From the IMG/VR virus record IMGVR_UViG_2541047688_000003: DNA of 14,076 nt. One strand, written 5' to 3'. Made by a program: the position numbers and the translations under genes. Positions 9,841 through 14,076 of this stretch are shown here, piece by piece. The notes beneath the pieces are model-generated. The model was not told the DNA's origin. It saw only the letters and a program-made list of their open reading frames with translations, and searched no databases. The stretch comes from a virus. Taxonomy: Duplodnaviria; Heunggongvirae; Uroviricota; Caudoviricetes. Within the stretch, counting starts at the first letter, position 1, and each line of letters opens with the position of its first letter.

Positions 9841-9883
9841 AATCCAAATGGTGAATTACCGTCTTATATCACTGGCGCTGACA
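9841..9883. repeat. IS21 terminal inverted repeat (istA-proximal end)
   Basis: Reverse complement reads tgtcagcgccagtgatataagacggtaattcaccattt, matching the opposite terminus. Confidence 0.7.
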
Positions 9884-10026
9884 GCTGGCAGTTGTATGAG
9901 CGCGGAGAGCTTGTTGATGTGCTGTGGGGGGAACTGGAATGGTCTTCCCCGACAGATGACGATGAGCTGCCGGAAGTCACCGGACCTGCGTGGATAGTCG
10001 ACAATGTGGCGCATTATGGCGGATGA
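9884..10026 (+). pseudogene. 3' remnant of a plus-strand gene truncated by the IS21 insertion or rearrangement
   Basis: Open frame runs from the IS boundary to TGA at 10024-10026 (...SWQLYERGELVDVLWGELEWSSPTDDDELPEVTGPAWIVDNVAHYGG) and is followed by a terminator. The frame upstream lies within IS DNA. Confidence 0.35.
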
Positions 10027-10038
10027 AGTATGACGGAG

Positions 10039-10067
10039 ACGGGCGGGCAACCGCCCGTTTCTTTTCC
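10039..10067 (+). terminator. Intrinsic terminator
   Basis: ACGGGCGG-GCAA-CCGCCCGT 8-bp GC-rich stem with tetraloop, followed by TTCTTTTCC. Confidence 0.6.
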
Positions 10068-10127
10068 GGTAAAGGATGTCGCCGTGCTCCTCTTTTTACT
10101 GCGCCGGCTGACGCGGCGCGGCATAAA

Positions 10128-10351
10128 CGCTGCCTGTGGTCAGTGTCCCGCGTCCGGTGGGCACGGGACGGGCGCTTTTACCGCTCCCGGCTGGCGTCGG
10201 TGACAGTGTACGCCAGCCTGTCGCCCTTTTCTGATGAACGCCCTTCAAGCCGCTTTCGCGGCATAGCCTTGCCGTCAGAAAGACGACGGCTGCGGTATTC
10301 CACGGTCGGCCTGACCCGTTACCGGACGCGGTGAACAGCCCACAGGCAGCG
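10128..10351 (+). promoter_or_regulatory. Long imperfect inverted repeat; candidate single-strand promoter (Frpo/ssi-like) or other structured regulatory element
   Basis: Arm 10128-10157 (cgctgcctgtggtcagtgtcccgcgtccgg) is about 25/30 complementary to arm 10322-10351. Arms are about 165 nt apart in a GC-rich noncoding region upstream of the methyltransferase gene. Confidence 0.4.
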
Positions 10352-10409
10352 GGGAACGGGCACCACAGGGGTGCCCTCCCGGTGCCCTCTGTAAGAGAAG
10401 GAGTTTTGT

Positions 10410-11093
10410 ATGTCCCGTTTTGTCCTCGGTAACTGCATCGATGTTATGGCCCGTATTCCTGATAACGCCATTGATTTCATACTGACTGACCCGCCGTACC
10501 TCGTCGGTTTCCGTGACCGTTCCGGGCGCACCATTGCCGGTGATGTTAATGATGACTGGCTGCAACCTGCCAGCAATGAGATGTACCGCGTACTCAAAAA
10601 AGACGCGCTGATGGTCAGCTTCTACGGCTGGAACCGTGTCGATCGCTTTATGGCCGCCTGGAAACGCGCCGGATTCAGCGTGGCAGGGCACCTCGTGTTC
10701 ACCAAAAACTACACATCCAAATCTGCGTATGTCGCGTACCGTCACGAATGCGCTTACATCCTGGCAAAGGGCAGTCCGGCCCGGCCCCGTAACCCTCTGC
10801 CGGATGTGCTGGGCTGGAAATATTCAGGCAATCGTCATCACCCGACGGAAAAGCCCGTTACCAGCCTGCAACCACTGATTGAGAGCTTCACACATCCGAA
10901 CGCGATTGTGCTGGACCCGTTTGCAGGCAGCGGCTCAACCTGCGTCGCTGCCCTCCAGTCCGGACGCCGGTATATCGGTATCGAGCTGCTTGAACAGTAT
11001 CACCGTGCCGGACAGCAACGACTGGCCGCCGTGCAACGGGCCATGCAGCAGGGGGCCGCGAATGATAACTGGTTTGAACCGGAGGCTGCGTAA
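10410..11093 (+). CDS. Orphan DNA amino-methyltransferase (DPPY motif, beta-class N6-adenine/N4-cytosine), 227 aa
   Basis: AAGGAG RBS 7 nt upstream. Catalytic motif TDPPYL near the N-terminus and SAM-binding motif DPFAGSGST near the C-terminus. No restriction endonuclease partner is visible in the window. Confidence 0.9.
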   Translation: MSRFVLGNCIDVMARIPDNAIDFILTDPPYLVGFRDRSGRTIAGDVNDDWLQPASNEMYRVLKKDALMVSFYGWNRVDRFMAAWKRAGFSVAGHLVFTKNYTSKSAYVAYRHECAYILAKGSPARPRNPLPDVLGWKYSGNRHHPTEKPVTSLQPLIESFTHPNAIVLDPFAGSGSTCVAALQSGRRYIGIELLEQYHRAGQQRLAAVQRAMQQGAANDNWFEPEAA

Positions 11094-11315
11094 ATGAACT
11101 ATGCCGGACACGAAAAACTTCGCGCCGACGTGGCGGAGGTGGCCAACACCATGTGTGACCTTCGGGCCAGGCTGAACGATATGGAGCATCGCTGTCGCTT
11201 TGATTCCGATGTGCTTGTTGAACGCCTGACACGCCAGACGCTGTATCGCGCCAATCGCCTGTTCATGGAGGCGTATACCGAAATTCTGGAACTGGATTCC
11301 TGCTTCAAAGATTGA
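11094..11315 (+). CDS. Hypothetical protein (73 aa)
   Basis: ATG immediately after the methyltransferase stop codon, GGAGG 10 nt upstream. Co-oriented in the same gene block. Confidence 0.6.
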   Translation: MNYAGHEKLRADVAEVANTMCDLRARLNDMEHRCRFDSDVLVERLTRQTLYRANRLFMEAYTEILELDSCFKD

Positions 11316-11328
11316 GAAGGAGACGAGA

Positions 11329-11763
11329 ATGTACGGAACATGCGAAACGCTATGCCGGAAGCTGGCAGCAAAGTATTCGGGAGACACGCCACTGATGCTG
11401 GTTATCTGGTCCCCGGAAGAAATTCAGGCCCTCTCTGACGGAATGGATATTGCCCTGACCGATCATGAAATCAGGACTGTCCTGGCGCGCCTGGAGGACA
11501 TCCCGGAAGACCAGCGGACTGAATCCGGTATTTCTTCCGGCGTGGCGATGGAGATCATCAATAACGTGAGCGAAAACCGCCAGGTGACTGTCCCTGCTGA
11601 ACTGCTGGCGTCCCTGATTCAGACCGCTGAACAGGCATTGTGGAAACGTGAATGGGCCGCCTGGGATCATGGCCTCGCCGTCCCGGAATGCGTCACCCGC
11701 CGTCAGGCGGTGGTTAATCAGGTCCGCATCCTGCTGAAAAACAACACACACGAAAACGACTGA
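11329..11763 (+). CDS. Plasmid leading-region protein, DUF1380-like (144 aa)
   Basis: AAGGAG RBS. Shares the motif R(Q/H)VTVPA(E/V)(L/M)L and a near-identical start region with the 13466-13888 ORF. Family name from recall, unverified. Confidence 0.75.
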   Translation: MYGTCETLCRKLAAKYSGDTPLMLVIWSPEEIQALSDGMDIALTDHEIRTVLARLEDIPEDQRTESGISSGVAMEIINNVSENRQVTVPAELLASLIQTAEQALWKREWAAWDHGLAVPECVTRRQAVVNQVRILLKNNTHEND

Positions 11764-11766
11764 TGT

Positions 11767-11790
11767 TATCGCCGCCTCCGGGCGGCGATA
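11767..11790 (+). other. Perfect hairpin without U-tract between genes
   Basis: TATCGCCGCC-TCCG-GGCGGCGATA (10-bp stem, 4-nt loop) immediately after the stop at 11761-11763. No T-run follows. Confidence 0.5.
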
Positions 11791-11807
11791 CAGGGAGTTC
11801 ATGAATT

Positions 11808-12578
11808 ATGAATGAAATGCTGAATGCACTGATTTATCGCCACGCCAGCAACCTGTTGCTGGCGCAGGGCTGGCCGGAAGAGACGGATGTTGACCAGCGT
11901 AACCCGAAGTATCCGGGCTGGATCAGCATTTACGTGCGGCTGGATGCGCCCCGGCTGGCGACGTTACTTATCAAGCGTCACGGCGGCGTACTGCCGCCGC
12001 TCCTGGCCTCTGCCATTCAGAAACTGACCGGAACCGGAGCGGAACTTGTTCTGTCCGGCAGTCAGTGGCAGTCGCTGCCGGTACTTCCGGCAGACGGAAC
12101 GCAGGTGTCTTTCCCGTATGCCGGTGAGTGGCTGGCAGAGGACGAAATCAGGGCCGTTCTTGGTGCGGTACGCGATGCAGTATGCAGTGTCAGTTACCAG
12201 GTGGCAGAAGATGCGCGGCGTATCCGTGCGGCGCTGACCACCACCGGTCAGACGTTGCTGACCCGCCAGACGCGCCGCTTTCGCCTGGTGGTGAAGGAAA
12301 GCGATCACCCCTGCTGGCTCGATGAAGACGACGAAAACCTGCCCGTGGTGCTCGATGCCATCCTGAACCGGGGCGCTCGTTTTTCGTCGGTGGAAATGTA
12401 TCTGGTCAGTGAGTGTGTGGAGCATATCCTGTCCAGTGGGCTGGCCTGCGATATGCTGCGTATACCGGATGAACCGCCCCGCCGCTGGTTTGACCGTGGT
12501 GTTCTGCGGGAGGTGGTCCGGGAAGCCCGGAACGAAATCCGCAGCATGGCGGATGCCCTGGCAAAAATCCGGAAATGA
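11808..12578 (+). CDS. Uncharacterised protein (256 aa)
   Basis: Long plus-strand ORF with AGGGAG upstream. No recognisable motif. Embedded between antirestriction-type genes. Confidence 0.75.
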   Translation: MNEMLNALIYRHASNLLLAQGWPEETDVDQRNPKYPGWISIYVRLDAPRLATLLIKRHGGVLPPLLASAIQKLTGTGAELVLSGSQWQSLPVLPADGTQVSFPYAGEWLAEDEIRAVLGAVRDAVCSVSYQVAEDARRIRAALTTTGQTLLTRQTRRFRLVVKESDHPCWLDEDDENLPVVLDAILNRGARFSSVEMYLVSECVEHILSSGLACDMLRIPDEPPRRWFDRGVLREVVREARNEIRSMADALAKIRK

Positions 12579-12585
12579 TGACGCT

Positions 12586-12611
12586 GGCGGGGAAAAATCT
12601 CCGCCTTTTCC
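12586..12611 (+). terminator. Intrinsic terminator
   Basis: GGCGGGG-AAAAAT-CTCCGCC stem (one G-U pair) followed by TTTTCC, 8 nt after the stop codon. Confidence 0.5.
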
Positions 12612-12720
12612 AGTCGGTCCCCGGAAAGAGCAAAAGGATGTCGCCGCAGGCTCCTCTTTACCCGGCCATGTGGGGCATGGCCTTGTGGGTTTTCAGTTAT
12701 GTGGCCTCAGCGTCGTGTGC

Positions 12721-12956
12721 GGGCTGTGCCGTGCCTCCATCGTAGCCGGGCTTCTGCGGGCGGGTTGCAAGGTAAGGTGAACCGCTGCGGTCACCCGGTC
12801 CCTCCTTCCCGTCTGCCGTGATTTTCCGGTCGTTCACCCGCTCAGATTTCGCGGTCTCACCCTCCAACTCCCGTCAGCCGTGCGCGTCAGGCTGCGGCTT
12901 CCCTTGCGCCCTTGCAACCCTGCAGGCCCGGCAAAGATGGAGGCACGGCACCGCCC
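12721..12956 (+). promoter_or_regulatory. Second long imperfect inverted repeat (about 50-nt arms); candidate single-strand promoter or structured regulatory element
   Basis: Arm 12721-12772 pairs with arm 12910-12956, including a perfect 14-nt core gccgtgcctccatc / gatggaggcacggc. Lies upstream of klcA. Confidence 0.4.
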
Positions 12957-12993
12957 GGTGTCGCGGAATATGTGAACAACGGAGGAAAACATC

Positions 12994-13419
12994 ATGCAAT
13001 ATGCGAAACCTGTCACTCTGAATGTTGAAGAGTGCGACCGTCTCTCCTTTCTGCCTTACCTGTTTGGCCTGGATTTTCTGTATGCCGAGGCATCTGTGTA
13101 CACGCTGGCGAAAAAAATGATGCCGGAATATGAAGGCGGATTCTGGCACTTCATCCGCCTGCCGGACGGTGGCGGTTACATGATGCCGGATGGCGACCGT
13201 TTTCATCTGGTTAACGGTGAAAACTGGTTTGACCGTACCGTGAGTGCTGATGCCGCAGGCATCATCCTTACCTCCCTTGTGATTAACCGCCAGTTGTGGC
13301 TGTACCACGACAGCGGGGATGCAGGGTTGACACACCTGTACAGGATGCGCGATGCGCAGTTGTGGAGCCACATCGAATTTCACCCCGAATGCAACGCGAT
13401 TTACGCGGCACTTGACTGA
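12994..13419 (+). CDS. klcA: ArdB/KlcA-family antirestriction protein (141 aa)
   Basis: GGAGG RBS. Motifs [30 protein letters not shown] and [12 protein letters not shown] parallel ArdB/KlcA proteins as recalled. Confidence 0.85.
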   Translation: MQYAKPVTLNVEECDRLSFLPYLFGLDFLYAEASVYTLAKKMMPEYEGGFWHFIRLPDGGGYMMPDGDRFHLVNGENWFDRTVSADAAGIILTSLVINRQLWLYHDSGDAGLTHLYRMRDAQLWSHIEFHPECNAIYAALD

Positions 13420-13428
13420 TTAACGGAC

Positions 13429-13447
13429 GGGGCGGCAATGCCGCCCC
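13429..13447 (+). other. GC hairpin without U-tract upstream of the next RBS
   Basis: GGGGCGGC-AAT-GCCGCCCC 8-bp perfect stem, followed directly by AAAGGAGACGAGAAC and ATG at 13466. Confidence 0.45.
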
Positions 13448-13465
13448 TGTAAAGGAGACGAGAAC

Positions 13466-13888
13466 ATGTACTGTACTGTTAAAGAAATCATCCGCGATGT
13501 ACTGGATACAGACGTGCCGGACAGTGAATGCGTTTTTGCCGTGGTGCTGACCCGTGGGGATGTGCGTCACATAGCCCAGGACTGGAGTCTGACAGACGAT
13601 GAGCTGGAAACCGTCATGCAGCGGCTGGACGATGCTTTTGTATATGGCGCATGTGACAGAGTTGTTTCCGATATTGTAAATGAACTGATGGAAGAAAAGC
13701 GCGCCAGCCGTCATGTGACAGTCCCGGCGGTGATGCTGGAAAAAGTGATGGCGCTGGCAGGCAGTGAAATGAAGCGCCTGTATGCCGTCGGGAGTGAGAA
13801 CGGGGGCGACGGTGACGCATTCGTCAGGGAGGAACGCGAAGCAATGGACGTTGTGTTACAGGCGCTGGACGGGGAGCACATGTCATGA
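13466..13888 (+). CDS. DUF1380-like paralogue (140 aa)
   Basis: Same RBS and start context (aaggagacgagaacatgtac) as the 11329 gene. Shared RHVTVPAVML motif. Confidence 0.75.
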   Translation: MYCTVKEIIRDVLDTDVPDSECVFAVVLTRGDVRHIAQDWSLTDDELETVMQRLDDAFVYGACDRVVSDIVNELMEEKRASRHVTVPAVMLEKVMALAGSEMKRLYAVGSENGGDGDAFVREEREAMDVVLQALDGEHMS

Positions 13889-14076
13889 ATATCAGCACAG
13901 AAACCCGCGAAATTCTGCGTAATTACAGGGCCGTGATTAATGCGCGGCGTCGTGAAATGGGGCAGAAACCGCTCACCACCGCGCAGATTGTTGATGAAAT
14001 CTGCGATTTTGTGGCGAATCAGCAGGCGGTTTTCCTGGGCGGTCACTACATCTTACAGGGCAGCAGAAACAGGTGA
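13885..14076 (+). CDS. Hypothetical small protein (63 aa)
   Basis: ATGA overlap with the preceding gene. Stop codon TGA at 14074-14076, the last three bases of the window. Confidence 0.55.
   Translation: MNISTETREILRNYRAVINARRREMGQKPLTTAQIVDEICDFVANQQAVFLGGHYILQGSRNR

Noticed and set aside
10075-10113. Mini-ORF starting at the ATG inside the conserved aaaggatg box (also in the second copy)
   Set aside because: The Shine-Dalgarno-like AAAGG directly abuts the ATG with no spacer, and the downstream peptide differs completely between the two copies.
9990-10334. Arg-rich 114-aa plus-strand ORF
   Set aside because: It spans the terminator and the structured inverted-repeat region. Its composition reflects GC-rich noncoding DNA, and it has no RBS.
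12409-12780. 123-aa plus-strand ORF across the klcA upstream region
   Set aside because: It starts inside the preceding gene, crosses a terminator and the inverted-repeat arm, and has no RBS.
10275-14046. Numerous minus-strand ORFs in the GC-rich right-hand region
   Set aside because: They are antisense to plus-strand genes with clear RBSs and family motifs. High GC content inflates random ORF length.

Overview
This window is a three-part mosaic, read from sequence alone with no database search. (1) Positions 1-7752 are a lambda-type early-left (pL-type) operon, all on the minus strand: cIII, kil, gam, bet, exo, orf60a, orf63, a TraR-like zinc finger, an Ea22-like protein, several accessory genes built from shared modules, xis and int. 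Bet, Exo, Gam, Kil and CIII match my memory of phage lambda almost residue for residue, while int, xis and the accessory genes differ from lambda. No pL, N or immunity genes are present. (2) Positions 7753-9883 are a complete 2131-bp IS21-type element (istA and istB on the minus strand, imperfect terminal inverted repeats) with no matching target-site duplication. (3) Positions 9884-14076 are visibly more GC-rich and carry plus-strand genes typical of a conjugative-plasmid leading region: an orphan DPPY-type DNA methyltransferase, an ArdB/KlcA-family antirestriction protein, two paralogous DUF1380-like proteins and three uncharacterised ORFs. Two long imperfect inverted-repeat elements, each following an intrinsic terminator and a shared sequence box, sit upstream of the methyltransferase and klcA. 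The best candidate for something undescribed is this right-hand island, specifically its uncharacterised members and the paired structured elements, which resemble single-strand promoter elements of plasmid leading regions. Secondary points of interest are the modular accessory genes between xis and exo, and a gam gene whose N-terminal extension is out of frame. Family assignments are from recall and frame analysis; gene starts within overlapping ORFs are uncertain where noted.
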